A DNA stretch of 32,000 bases, from NCBI RefSeq assembly GCF_000011325.1, contig NC_003450.3:240001-272000 (forward strand), given 5' to 3'. Below the pieces are notes generated by a model. The model searched no databases. It had not been told where the DNA came from and worked only from the letters and a program-made list of their open reading frames with translations. The DNA is from Corynebacterium glutamicum ATCC 13032 (GTDB taxonomy: Bacteria > Actinomycetota > Actinomycetes > Mycobacteriales > Mycobacteriaceae). The position numbers were made by a program, and so were the translations under genes. Position 1 is the first letter of the stretch, and the number at the start of each line of letters is the position of its first letter. Positions 1 to 8,575 of this stretch are shown here, in pieces.

Positions 1-1518
1 AGGCGAGAGTGGCGTCGACAAGCAACCGGCATCATTGCCGGCCTCGTCTTAGCCGCCCTGGTCTATCTTCTCTTCCCCTCGAACTCCGTGGAAACCGTCA
101 TGCAATCCAGTGGCGTCGATCCAGAAACTGAATACACCAACAACGCGATGCGTCTTACTGCTGCAGTCACAATCTTGATGGCAGTGTGGTGGATGACAGA
201 AGCAATCCCACTAGCAGCAACCGCACTTATCCCGTTGGTTGCATTCCCTGCTTTCCAGGTTGTGGACTTTGGGAAGGCAGCAGCTCCGTATGCCAACCCT
301 ACGATCTTCCTCTTCTTGGGCGGCTTTCTTATGGCACTTGGCCTGCAGAAATGGAACCTACACCGACGTATGGCTCTAGCGGTCGTGCTAGCTGTTGGTA
401 CTAAGCCAAAGCAATTGGTCTTGGGTTTTATGGTGGCAACTGGATTTTTGTCCATGTGGGTGTCTAACACTGCAACGGCCGTGGTTATGTTACCGATCGG
501 TATGTCGGTACTGGCACTGACCGCTGAGACTGTGGGCGGAATGAAAAACCAAAAGAAATTCGCCACTGGACTCATGCTGTCCATTGCTTATTCTGCTTCC
601 ATCGGTTCACTCGGCACCTTAATTGGCACGCCACCCAATGCCTTGCTTGCTGCGTATATGTCTGAATCGCATGATATCCACATCGGATTTGGTCAGTGGA
701 TGATTCTTGGTGTACCAATTGCTGTCGTCTTCACCATCATCGCGTGGCTTGTGTTGACCACCGTGTTCAAGCCAGAAATGAAAGAAATCCCTGGCGGACG
801 TGAACTGATCAAACGTGAAATCGCTGAAATGGGGCCGTGGACTGCACCTCAGGTCACAGTGGGTGTTATTTTTGCGGCAGCTGCACTGGCTTGGGTCTTC
901 ATTCCATTAACTCTAGATTGGACCGGTTCCCAGCTCTCTATCAATGACTCCCTCATTGGCATCGCTGCCGGCCTGCTGATGTTTATCGTTCCCGCTAACT
1001 TTAAAACCGGCGAACGCATTCTTGATTGGCGTACTGCAGGCGAACTTCCATGGGATGTTCTCTTGCTTTTTGGTGGCGGGCTTTCACTTTCTGCGATGTT
1101 TACCAGCACGGGACTTTCCCTATGGATCGGTGAACTAGCTAAGGGACTTGATGCCCTTCCAATCTTCATTCTCATCTTCGCCATTGCTGTCCTGGTGTTG
1201 TTCCTGACCGAGTTCACCTCCAACACCGCAACAGCGGCAACCTTCCTGCCAATCATGGGTGGCGTCGCCGTAGGTATCGGACTGACCGCAGGTGGCGAGC
1301 AGAATGTTCTGCTGCTGACCATCCCAGTCGCACTGTCCGCAACCTGTGCGTTCATGCTTCCAGTGGCAACGCCTCCAAACGCGATTGCATTCGGCTCCGG
1401 CTACATTAAGATCGGCGAAATGGTCAAGGGTGGTCTGTGGCTGAACATCATCGCAGTCATCCTCATTACGATTTTCACCTACTTCGTAGCGATCCCACTC
1501 TTTGGCATCATGCTTTAA
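1..1518 (+). CDS. dccT: DASS-family (SLC13-like) Na+/dicarboxylate-anion symporter; 5' end lies outside the window
   Basis: Frame 1 is open from base 1. Bases 1-87 encode a hydrophobic helix (...ATGIIAGLVLAALVYLLFP) with no stop before the ATG at 88, so the true start is upstream. Polytopic membrane protein with the two DASS hairpin-tip motifs VSNTATAVV and TSNTATAATF. Stop TAA at 1516-1518. The symbol comes from remembered C. glutamicum synteny and is unverified. Confidence 0.8.
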   Translation, partial: RREWRRQATGIIAGLVLAALVYLLFPSNSVETVMQSSGVDPETEYTNNAMRLTAAVTILMAVWWMTEAIPLAATALIPLVAFPAFQVVDFGKAAAPYANPTIFLFLGGFLMALGLQKWNLHRRMALAVVLAVGTKPKQLVLGFMVATGFLSMWVSNTATAVVMLPIGMSVLALTAETVGGMKNQKKFATGLMLSIAYSASIGSLGTLIGTPPNALLAAYMSESHDIHIGFGQWMILGVPIAVVFTIIAWLVLTTVFKPEMKEIPGGRELIKREIAEMGPWTAPQVTVGVIFAAAALAWVFIPLTLDWTGSQLSINDSLIGIAAGLLMFIVPANFKTGERILDWRTAGELPWDVLLLFGGGLSLSAMFTSTGLSLWIGELAKGLDALPIFILIFAIAVLVLFLTEFTSNTATAATFLPIMGGVAVGIGLTAGGEQNVLLLTIPVALSATCAFMLPVATPPNAIAFGSGYIKIGEMVKGGLWLNIIAVILITIFTYFVAIPLFGIML

Positions 1519-1529
1519 AAGTTAACAGG

Positions 1530-1572
1530 CCCGCAGTCAACGTAAATGGCGTTGAACTGCGGGTTTGTTGTT
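1530..1572 (+). terminator. Intrinsic terminator downstream of the symporter gene
   Basis: GC-rich hairpin cccgcagtcaacg / cgttgaactgcggg (1530-1563), followed by tttgttgtt, 12 nt after the stop codon. Confidence 0.7.
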
Positions 1573-1636
1573 CTTTCTGAAGCTGTGTAAAGTAATCGTC
1601 GTTGCAGAGAACGCCACACGGTAAACAATCTGCACT

Positions 1637-1709
1637 GCGCCCGTAGCTCAACGGATAGAGCATCTGACTACGGATCAGAAGGTTGGGGGTTCGAATCCCT
1701 CCGGGCGCA
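1637..1709 (+). tRNA. tRNA-Arg (anticodon ACG)
   Basis: Cloverleaf read by eye. Acceptor GCGCCCG/CGGGCGC, D arm GCTC..GAGC, anticodon stem TCTGA/TCAGA with loop CTACGGA (anticodon ACG), T arm GGGGG-TTCGAAT-CCCTC, discriminator A. CCA is not encoded. Confidence 0.93.
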
Positions 1710-1715
1710 CAGTTT

Positions 1716-1754
1716 AAAACCCCAGGTTGATTAAAAAGTCAGCCTGGGGTTTTC
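1716..1754 (+). terminator. Intrinsic terminator after tRNA-Arg
   Basis: Hairpin aaaaccccaggttga / tcagcctggggtttt with a T-run at 1750-1753. Confidence 0.65.
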
Positions 1755-1782
1755 GCGTGCGCCGGTGTGTACTTTGTGCACG

Positions 1783-1839
1783 TTCGACACCAAGATTTTG
1801 GCAAAATGGTGGCCAAAATTAAGAAATCTTGGTGTCGAA
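1783..1839. repeat. 57-bp near-perfect palindrome between tRNA-Arg and the 3' end of tyrA
   Basis: 16-bp perfect arms ttcgacaccaagattt (1783-1798) and aaatcttggtgtcgaa (1824-1839), with an inner ttttggc/gccaaaa pairing. No flanking U-tract on either strand. Confidence 0.7.
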
Positions 1840-1879
1840 TTCACATTAGGAATCGCCTGAGAATCATCAGCCGATAAAA

Positions 1880-2902
1880 CTAGAACACTTCGATCCGTGC
1901 GCCGAGGGTTTCAGCGTGGATGAGCTGCTTCTCCCAGTTTGGTGTGCCCGGGTGGAGACGGAGCACTGGCCTGGATGAGGTGATGGTAGGGCTAACGGAT
2001 TCTTTGGCGCGTCGCTGGCCGGAGCGGGCTTCGTAGCGGATGCGGGATCGGTAGCCGTTGTCGGCAAGTTGCTCGATGTTTGGCTGTTCTGCGGTGAGGC
2101 CTTCGCGGGCTTCGTGGAGGATCGCCAGTGCTTCGTCGAGGGCTTTGACCAGTGGGCCGGCGTTGCTTTCACACATGGCGCGGACGAGTCCTGGGTCGGT
2201 GCCTGCAACGCGGGTGGAGTCGCGGTAGCTGCCAGCGGCTAAAGAGAGAGACAGTGCGCCACCGTTGTCACCGACGATGGCGAGGGTTTCAGCCAGGATG
2301 TGTGTTAAATGAGACACTCGTGCTGCTGCTGCATCGTGTGGGCCAACTCGGGATGGGACAACTTCAGCGCCCACGGCGAGTGCCATTTGGACGACGTCTT
2401 TCCAGATGCTGATCCAGGTGGAGTTGATGTCGGTGCCGTCGAAAAGCTGGTCGAAGGTGACCACCCATACTGCTCGTTTGAACAGTCCGTCCATGGATGC
2501 GCTCCAGCCGGAGTTGGCGGTGCCTGCCATGGGGTGGGATCCCACATAACGGTGTTGCATGTTGCGGGCTTTTACTGCGTCGTAGACGGCGGTTTTTACG
2601 GATACGACGTCGGTGAAGCCGTTGTTTGGTGCGTGGGTGTGGACGGCGTCGAGAAGCGAATCGATTGCGGTCATGGGGACCGCGAGGACGATGAGCGCAT
2701 CTTCGGCGGCTGCACGCTGGAGGGTTGCTTCAAGATCGGCGGAAACGTCGAAGCCTTCGTCGACGGCTGATTTAGCGCCGGAGCGTGAGCGGTTGTAGCC
2801 GAAGACGGAGTGGTTGGCTGCATGGAGGTCGCGGAGGAGGGATCCGCCGATGAGGCCGAGGCCCAGGATGCATACTGGGCGGGAAATGTCTTTGGTAGTC
2901 AC
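1880..2902 (-). CDS. tyrA: Prephenate dehydrogenase
   Basis: N-terminal Rossmann motif ILGLGLIGGS and conserved HPMAG motif (YVGSHPMAGTANSGW). Stop TAG at 1880-1882. The start is ambiguous. I chose GTG at 2902, 11 residues before GxGxxG. ATG at 2920 and GTG at 2947 are upstream in-frame alternatives, but they overlap the divergent gene. Confidence 0.85.
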   Translation of the reverse strand: MTTKDISRPVCILGLGLIGGSLLRDLHAANHSVFGYNRSRSGAKSAVDEGFDVSADLEATLQRAAAEDALIVLAVPMTAIDSLLDAVHTHAPNNGFTDVVSVKTAVYDAVKARNMQHRYVGSHPMAGTANSGWSASMDGLFKRAVWVVTFDQLFDGTDINSTWISIWKDVVQMALAVGAEVVPSRVGPHDAAAARVSHLTHILAETLAIVGDNGGALSLSLAAGSYRDSTRVAGTDPGLVRAMCESNAGPLVKALDEALAILHEAREGLTAEQPNIEQLADNGYRSRIRYEARSGQRRAKESVSPTITSSRPVLRLHPGTPNWEKQLIHAETLGARIEVF

Positions 2903-2939
2903 CTGACAAGTGTGGCACATACCTACTACGGTTATCTCT

Positions 2940-3434
2940 ATGAACACTGAAGAGGATGGCCTGAGCTTTGCAGTTACGGCTACCTTAGTTGAAGGTAAAT
3001 GGCAGGTACGCGAGTTTGAGGATCACTTCTCCAAGCTCTCTACCTCTATTAATGCGGTTCGCTCGCTGCGTAGCGAGGGGCCGGCGTTTGCGCTGTTGTG
3101 CGTTGATGATGAATATTTTGTGATGGTGCGTCCCACCCCAAGTAGGGTATTCCTTTTCCTTTCGGATGCGCCGATGGCTGTCGACGATGATTTCGCCGCC
3201 GCGGTGATGGATGAACTCGATGCGGATCTTCCAGATATCAACCCTGATGATTTGGACGACATCGATCCATGGCCAGAAGGTGATTTCGATATTTTGGCGG
3301 ATTTGGGGCTGTCTGAGGAGGTTCTTTCCGTGATTTGCGATGACATGGATTTGGATCCTTCCGAACAATTGCTGCGCATCGCGGAAGAACTCGGTTTTGA
3401 TAATGATCTGGCTCGGGTGGTGGGATTCGACTAG
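2940..3434 (+). CDS. Acidic conserved protein of the family annotated 'tRNA adenosine deaminase-associated protein' in actinobacteria
   Basis: ATG at 2940 (MNTEEDGLSF...). The C-terminal half is very D/E-rich. Its stop TAG (3432-3434) overlaps the GTG start of tadA (3434). Family assignment is from memory of this conserved gene pair, not from a search. Confidence 0.7.
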   Translation: MNTEEDGLSFAVTATLVEGKWQVREFEDHFSKLSTSINAVRSLRSEGPAFALLCVDDEYFVMVRPTPSRVFLFLSDAPMAVDDDFAAAVMDELDADLPDINPDDLDDIDPWPEGDFDILADLGLSEEVLSVICDDMDLDPSEQLLRIAEELGFDNDLARVVGFD

Positions 3435-3913
3435 TGGGCGTTTTACCTGTGCAGGCGCGCATCAAAGACGATGAGCGCCGCATGCGCCATGCTTTGGATA
3501 TTGCTCGCCAAACCCCTGAGGGGGACGTTCCCGTTGGCGCCGTCATTTACGCGCCGACCGGGGAGATCCTGGCGACCGCAACGAACCGTCGAGAAGCAGA
3601 CCGCGATCCCACGGCCCACGCCGAAATTATTGCTTTACGACGAGCCGCCCGCCGTTTTTCCGACGGCTGGCGGCTGAGTGACTGCACCGCGGTGGTCACC
3701 TTGGAGCCCTGCAGTATGTGCGCCGGCGCCTTGGTGGGTGCTCGAATCGGACGCATCGTATTCGGAGCATTTGAGCCCCGAACCGGCGCCTGTGGATCTG
3801 TATTTGACGTGGTTCGAGACCCCGCGGTGTTGCACAAAGTGGAAGTCAGTGGAGGAATCCTCGAGCCTGAATGTGCTGCCTTGATGACCGAATTTTTCGA
3901 ACTTCACAGGTAA
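3434..3913 (+). CDS. tadA: tRNA-specific adenosine(34) deaminase
   Basis: CDA-fold zinc motifs HAE (TAHAEIIALR) and PCSMCAGA. About 159 aa. The GTG start overlaps the upstream stop (taGTG). Confidence 0.9.
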   Translation: MGVLPVQARIKDDERRMRHALDIARQTPEGDVPVGAVIYAPTGEILATATNRREADRDPTAHAEIIALRRAARRFSDGWRLSDCTAVVTLEPCSMCAGALVGARIGRIVFGAFEPRTGACGSVFDVVRDPAVLHKVEVSGGILEPECAALMTEFFELHR

Positions 3914-4014
3914 CGGATTTATATCAATTTCAGGGCGTGGCGAGCTTTTAGTGATTCACGCTCCTACGGTGGGTATCACAAATACCTCAACTAGAAGTAG
4001 GAGATGAGCACCAC

Positions 4015-4218
4015 ATGAGCGATTTTTCCAACAAGGCAGAGGACCTCACAGGTAAGGCTAAAGAAGGATTCGGCGAGGCAACTGATAACGAGTCCCTCGC
4101 TGATGAGGGCCGTGCGGATCAGGCTAAGGCAGACATCAAGGATGCTGTCGAAAACGCCGGTGAAAAGGTAAAGGACGCAGCTAACAAGGTTCTGGGTGCG
4201 TTCAAGAAGGACGACTAA
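4015..4218 (+). CDS. CsbD-family general stress protein
   Basis: 67-aa hydrophilic protein with a CsbD-like pattern (KAEDLTGKAKEGFGEATDN...GRADQAKADIKDAVE). AGGAG RBS 8-12 nt upstream of the ATG. Confidence 0.85.
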   Translation: MSDFSNKAEDLTGKAKEGFGEATDNESLADEGRADQAKADIKDAVENAGEKVKDAANKVLGAFKKDD

Positions 4219-4293
4219 TCCCGTACTTGTTCAGGATTAGAAGCCGAACTCTGGATTTGTTTGGCGCGCAACCATTCCGATAGACTGATCGGC

Positions 4294-4384
4294 GGTGGCG
4301 TGTCCGAGCGGCCGAAGGTGTTCGCCTCGAAAGCGAATGTTGGGTAATCCCCAACCGGGGGTTCAAATCCCCCCGCCACCGCCA
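4294..4384 (+). tRNA. tRNA-Ser (anticodon CGA), CCA encoded
   Basis: Acceptor GGTGGCG/CGCCACC, anticodon stem TTCGC/GCGAA with loop CTCGAAA (anticodon CGA), long variable arm, T arm GGGGG-TTCAAAT-CCCCC, discriminator G followed by CCA. Confidence 0.9.
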
Positions 4385-4391
4385 GTGTAAG

Positions 4392-4437
4392 AACCGGCTC
4401 TTAAGCAGTTTGTAGCTGCTTAAGAGCCGGTTTTTTT
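4392..4437 (+). terminator. Strong intrinsic terminator after tRNA-Ser
   Basis: 17-bp perfect stem aaccggctcttaagcag / ctgcttaagagccggtt with a 7-nt loop, followed by a T7 run (4431-4437). Confidence 0.85.
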
Positions 4438-4483
4438 GCATTCTTAACCAATAAGTGCGGATGAATTGCTCTACTCTGTGGTC

Positions 4484-4819
4484 ATGAACCTTGCACTTTT
4501 CTTTGCAATTGCTGTGACCGCTTTGGTCGGTGTTTCTTTGCTGCGGAAGCAAGCCTCAGAGGAGCGGGTGTTTCCGTGGTTTTGGGTGTTCTTTCCGTTG
4601 ACGCTCATGTCGATTTCCGGAATTTTGATGAAGCCTGAGTCGCGGACTTCTTTCGATTTCGGATGGTCAATGTATGAGCCGTCCATTTACTCCAACGAAT
4701 TCCAGCCAGATTTCTTCGATCTCTTTAATTCCTCCACAATTTCTTTAGTCACTTATGTTGTCACGCTGCTTGTGGGAGTAATTGGTTCTGTGATCGCGTG
4801 GAAGAAGCGTCGGATCTAG
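4484..4819 (+). CDS. Hypothetical small membrane protein (3 predicted TM helices)
   Basis: ORF with ATG at 4484 (the TTG at 4466 is an alternative). Hydrophobic segments at the N-terminus, around residue 35 and at the C-terminus. No recognisable family. Lies directly upstream of the MMPL gene. Confidence 0.5.
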   Translation: MNLALFFAIAVTALVGVSLLRKQASEERVFPWFWVFFPLTLMSISGILMKPESRTSFDFGWSMYEPSIYSNEFQPDFFDLFNSSTISLVTYVVTLLVGVIGSVIAWKKRRI

Positions 4820-4901
4820 GAGATTTTCTCGGATTCACAGCTACCGCAGGTAAGTTAGTGGGGCGTGAAAAAATAGCTCATTTAAGAGGAGAAGCAACCC
4901 C

Positions 4902-7307
4902 GTGGCGAAATTGCTATTCAGGTTGGGGCGATGGTCCTATAATCGCAAGTGGATTGTGATTTCGGCATGGCTACTTATTTTGGCCATTGTTGGTGGTCTG
5001 GCCCTGACGATGCAGAAGGGGTTCAGTAACTCTTTCACTATTGAAGACACCCCTTCGATTGATGCCACTGTTTCTCTGGTTGAAAATTTCCCTGATCAGA
5101 CGAACCCGGTGACGGCCGCCGGAGTTAACGTGGTTTTCCAATCCCCGGAAGGAACCACGCTTGATGATCCTCAGATGATGACTGCGATGGATGCAGTCGT
5201 TGATTACATTGAGGACAATTTGCCTGATTTTGGTGGGGGAGAGCGCTTCGGCAATCCTGTTGAGGTGTCTCCTGCGTTGGAAGAGATGGTCATCGAGCAG
5301 ATGACCAGCATGGGGCTTCCTGAGGAAACCGCTGCAAAGGATGCTGCCAATCTGGCGGTGTTGAGCGAAGACAAAACCATTGGCTACACCTCTTTCAACA
5401 TTGATGTTGAGGCCGCAGAATATGTGGAGCAAAAACACCGCGATGTGATCAACGAAGCGATGCAAATCGGTGAAGATTTAGGTGTCCGGGTGGAAGCCGG
5501 TGGACCTGCTTTCGGTGATCCAATTCAGATTGAAACCACCAGTGAGATCATCGGTATTGGCATCGCGTTCATCGTGTTGATTTTCACCTTTGGTTCTTTG
5601 ATTGCTGCAGGCTTGCCTTTGATTACCGCGGTGATCGGCGTGGGCATTGGTGCGCTGGCAATTGTGCTGGCCACGGCGTTTACTGATCTCAACAATGTGA
5701 CTCCAGTGCTCGCAGTGATGATTGGCCTGGCCGTGGGCATTGACTACGCGCTGTTTATTTTGTCTAGGTACCGTGCGGAGTATAAGCGCATGCCACGTGC
5801 CGATGCTGCCGGAATGGCGGTGGGCACAGCTGGTAGTGCGGTGGTGTTTGCTGGCGCGACGGTGATTATCGCGCTGGTAGCCCTCATCATTGCGGATATC
5901 GGATTCCTCACGGCCATGGGTATTTCTGCGGCGTTTACGGTGTTCGTGGCTGTGCTCATTGCGTTGACGTTTATCCCGGCGCTGTTGGGTGTGTTTGGTG
6001 GTCATGCGTTCAAGGGCAAGATCCCTGGAATTGGTGGAAACCCAACGCCAAAGCAGACGTGGGAGCAAGCGCTTAATCGTCGTTCCAAGGGTCGCTCATG
6101 GGTCAAGCTTGTACAGAAAGCACCGGGTCTTGTGGTGGCAGTGGTGGTCTTGGGTCTTGGTGCCTTGACCATTCCTGCAATGAACCTGCAGTTGTCACTG
6201 CCTTCTGACTCCACCTCCAATATTGATACCACTCAGCGTCAGTCGGCTGATTTGATGGCAGAGGGCTTTGGCGCGGGCGTTAATGCGCCGTTCTTGGTCA
6301 TCGTCGATACGCATGAGGTCAATGCTGATTCCACCGCATTGCAGCCACTGATTGAGGCACAGGAGCCTGAAGAGGGCGAGTTCGATCGGGAGCAGGCGGC
6401 TCGTTTTGCTACCTATATGTATGTCACCCAGACCTACAATTCCAACATCGATGTGAAGAATGCGCAGATCATCAGCGTCAATGATGATTTCACTGCGGCG
6501 CAGATTCTCGTGACTCCATACACCGGACCTGCGGATAAAGAGACCCCTGAGTTGATGCACGTGCTGCGTGCGCAGGAAGCTCAGATTGAGGATGTTACGG
6601 GAACTGAACTGGGTACCACTGGGTTTACGGCGGTTCAGTTGGACATTACTGAGCAGCTGGAAGACGCAATGCCGGTTTACCTCGCTGTGGTTGTTGGTTT
6701 GGCTATTTTCCTCCTCATTCTGGTGTTCCGTTCCCTGCTTGTTCCGCTGGTTGCTGGCCTTGGCTTCTTGTTGTCTGTGGGTGCGGCCTTCGGTGCGACG
6801 GTGTTGGTCTGGCAGGAGGGCTTCGGTGGCTTTGTGAACACCCCTGGTCCGCTGATTTCCTTCATGCCGATCTTCCTCATCGGCGTGACCTTCGGTTTGG
6901 CCATGGACTATCAGGTGTTCCTTGTGACTCGCATGCGCGAGCACTACACCCACCACAATGGCAAGGGACAGCCTGGTTCCAAGTACACCCCGGTTGAGCA
7001 GTCAGTGATTGAAGGCTTCACGCAGGGCTCCCGCGTGGTTACAGCAGCGGCACTGATCATGATTGCCGTGTTCGTGGCGTTTATTGATCAGCCGTTGCCA
7101 TTTATTAAGATCTTCGGTTTCGCGTTGGGTGCGGGCGTGTTTTTCGATGCTTTCTTCATTCGCATGGGTCTGGTCCCCGCGTCGATGTTCCTGATGGGCA
7201 AGGCCACGTGGTGGATGCCTAAGTGGCTGGATCGAATTCTGCCAAGTTTGGACATTGAAGGCACCGCACTGGAGAAGGAATGGGAGGAGAAGCAGGCTGC
7301 ACGTTAG
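4902..7307 (+). CDS. MMPL-family RND transporter (corynebacterial CmpL-type; possibly CmpL3 by remembered locus order, unverified)
   Basis: 801 aa with 12-TM RND topology and two large extracytoplasmic loops. Conserved Asp-Tyr proton-relay motifs GIDYALFILSRYR (TM4) and GLAMDYQVFLVTRMRE (TM10). GTG start at 4902 preceded by AGGAG. Confidence 0.9.
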   Translation: MAKLLFRLGRWSYNRKWIVISAWLLILAIVGGLALTMQKGFSNSFTIEDTPSIDATVSLVENFPDQTNPVTAAGVNVVFQSPEGTTLDDPQMMTAMDAVVDYIEDNLPDFGGGERFGNPVEVSPALEEMVIEQMTSMGLPEETAAKDAANLAVLSEDKTIGYTSFNIDVEAAEYVEQKHRDVINEAMQIGEDLGVRVEAGGPAFGDPIQIETTSEIIGIGIAFIVLIFTFGSLIAAGLPLITAVIGVGIGALAIVLATAFTDLNNVTPVLAVMIGLAVGIDYALFILSRYRAEYKRMPRADAAGMAVGTAGSAVVFAGATVIIALVALIIADIGFLTAMGISAAFTVFVAVLIALTFIPALLGVFGGHAFKGKIPGIGGNPTPKQTWEQALNRRSKGRSWVKLVQKAPGLVVAVVVLGLGALTIPAMNLQLSLPSDSTSNIDTTQRQSADLMAEGFGAGVNAPFLVIVDTHEVNADSTALQPLIEAQEPEEGEFDREQAARFATYMYVTQTYNSNIDVKNAQIISVNDDFTAAQILVTPYTGPADKETPELMHVLRAQEAQIEDVTGTELGTTGFTAVQLDITEQLEDAMPVYLAVVVGLAIFLLILVFRSLLVPLVAGLGFLLSVGAAFGATVLVWQEGFGGFVNTPGPLISFMPIFLIGVTFGLAMDYQVFLVTRMREHYTHHNGKGQPGSKYTPVEQSVIEGFTQGSRVVTAAALIMIAVFVAFIDQPLPFIKIFGFALGAGVFFDAFFIRMGLVPASMFLMGKATWWMPKWLDRILPSLDIEGTALEKEWEEKQAAR

Positions 7308-7318
7308 ACTTGGCACCT

Positions 7319-8575
7319 ATGTCAGATCTTTCATTCACCCTCAACAACAAGCTTGCCGATGACGCCCCCGGCAAGCATGGTCGTACAGGTGTAATCCACA
7401 CACCTCACGGTGATATTGCCACCCCTGCTTTCATTCCTGTGGCTACCAAAGCCACGGTGAAAACCCTTACCCCTGAGCAGATTCGGGAGACCGGCGCACA
7501 GGCTATTTTGTCCAACGCCTACCACCTGTATCTGCAGCCTGGCCCCGACATCGTGGACGAGGCTGGCGGTGTGTCTGCCTTTGAGAACTGGCACGGCCCC
7601 ACCTACACCGACTCCGGCGGATTCCAGGTCATGAGCCTGGGCTCCGGCTTTAAAAAGGTGCTGGCCATGGACACCACCAACTTGACGCGCAACGATATCA
7701 AGGCGGCTAAAAAAGAGCGCATGGCGCTTGTCGACGAAGACGGCGTGGATTTCAAATCTGTTATCGATGGCTCAAAGCACCGATTCACCCCAGAAGTCTC
7801 CATGCAGATTCAGCACCAATTGGGCGCAGACATCATCTTTGCTTTTGATGAACTGACCACCTTGGTTGATACCTATGACTACCAGGTGGAATCTGTGGAA
7901 CGTACCCGCAGGTGGGCACAGCGCTGCCTCCTGGAGCATGAACGTTTGACTCAGGAACGTGTGGATAAACCACTGCAATCCCTATGGGGAGTGGTGCAGG
8001 GGGCGCAGTTCGAGGATTTGCGTCGACAAGCAGTAAAAGGCCTGTTGGACCTGGATCGCCAGGCCGCCGACGAAGGCCGTCGCGGCTTCGGCGGTTTCGG
8101 CATCGGTGGCGCCCTAGAGAAGGAAAACCTGGGCACCATCGTGGGCTGGGTGTGCGATGAGCTGCCCGAGGACAAGCCACGTCACCTGCTGGGCATTTCC
8201 GAGCCGGACGATCTGTTCGTGGCTGTCGAAGCCGGTGCGGACACCTTTGACTGCGTGGCGCCGACTCGTTTGGGTCGACGCGGCGGTGTCTACACGCTTG
8301 ATGGACGCATGAATTTGACCGGTGCGCGTTTCAAGCGTGACTTCAAGGGAATCGATGAGGAAGTCGGCGGATACGCCAGCGAGAACTACTCCCGCGCGTA
8401 CATTCATCACCTGCTCAAAGCGAAGGAATTTTTGGCCGGCACGCTGTGCACCATGCACAATCTGCACTTCATGATCACCTTGGTGGATAAGATTCGTGCC
8501 AGCATCGATGATGGCACGTACTACGAATTCAAGGAAGAATTCTTAGGCCGGTACTACGCGTCGAAGGTTTCATAA
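7319..8575 (+). CDS. tgt: tRNA-guanine transglycosylase (queuine tRNA-ribosyltransferase), atypical zinc-site-less variant
   Basis: Aligns along its whole length with my recollection of E. coli/Z. mobilis Tgt (TDSGGFQV, FDE, LLGISEPDD, FDCVAPTR, NYSRAYIHHL, HNL). ATG at 7319 (MSDLSFTL). The track ORF start at 7280 overlaps the MMPL gene. Confidence 0.9.
   Translation: MSDLSFTLNNKLADDAPGKHGRTGVIHTPHGDIATPAFIPVATKATVKTLTPEQIRETGAQAILSNAYHLYLQPGPDIVDEAGGVSAFENWHGPTYTDSGGFQVMSLGSGFKKVLAMDTTNLTRNDIKAAKKERMALVDEDGVDFKSVIDGSKHRFTPEVSMQIQHQLGADIIFAFDELTTLVDTYDYQVESVERTRRWAQRCLLEHERLTQERVDKPLQSLWGVVQGAQFEDLRRQAVKGLLDLDRQAADEGRRGFGGFGIGGALEKENLGTIVGWVCDELPEDKPRHLLGISEPDDLFVAVEAGADTFDCVAPTRLGRRGGVYTLDGRMNLTGARFKRDFKGIDEEVGGYASENYSRAYIHHLLKAKEFLAGTLCTMHNLHFMITLVDKIRASIDDGTYYEFKEEFLGRYYASKVS

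Noticed and set aside
4484-7307. The small membrane protein plus MMPL transporter as an MmpS-MmpL-type accessory pair.
   Set aside because: The small protein has three predicted TM helices and no soluble beta-rich domain, unlike MmpS proteins as I remember them. Adjacency alone is insufficient, so it is left as a hypothetical membrane protein.
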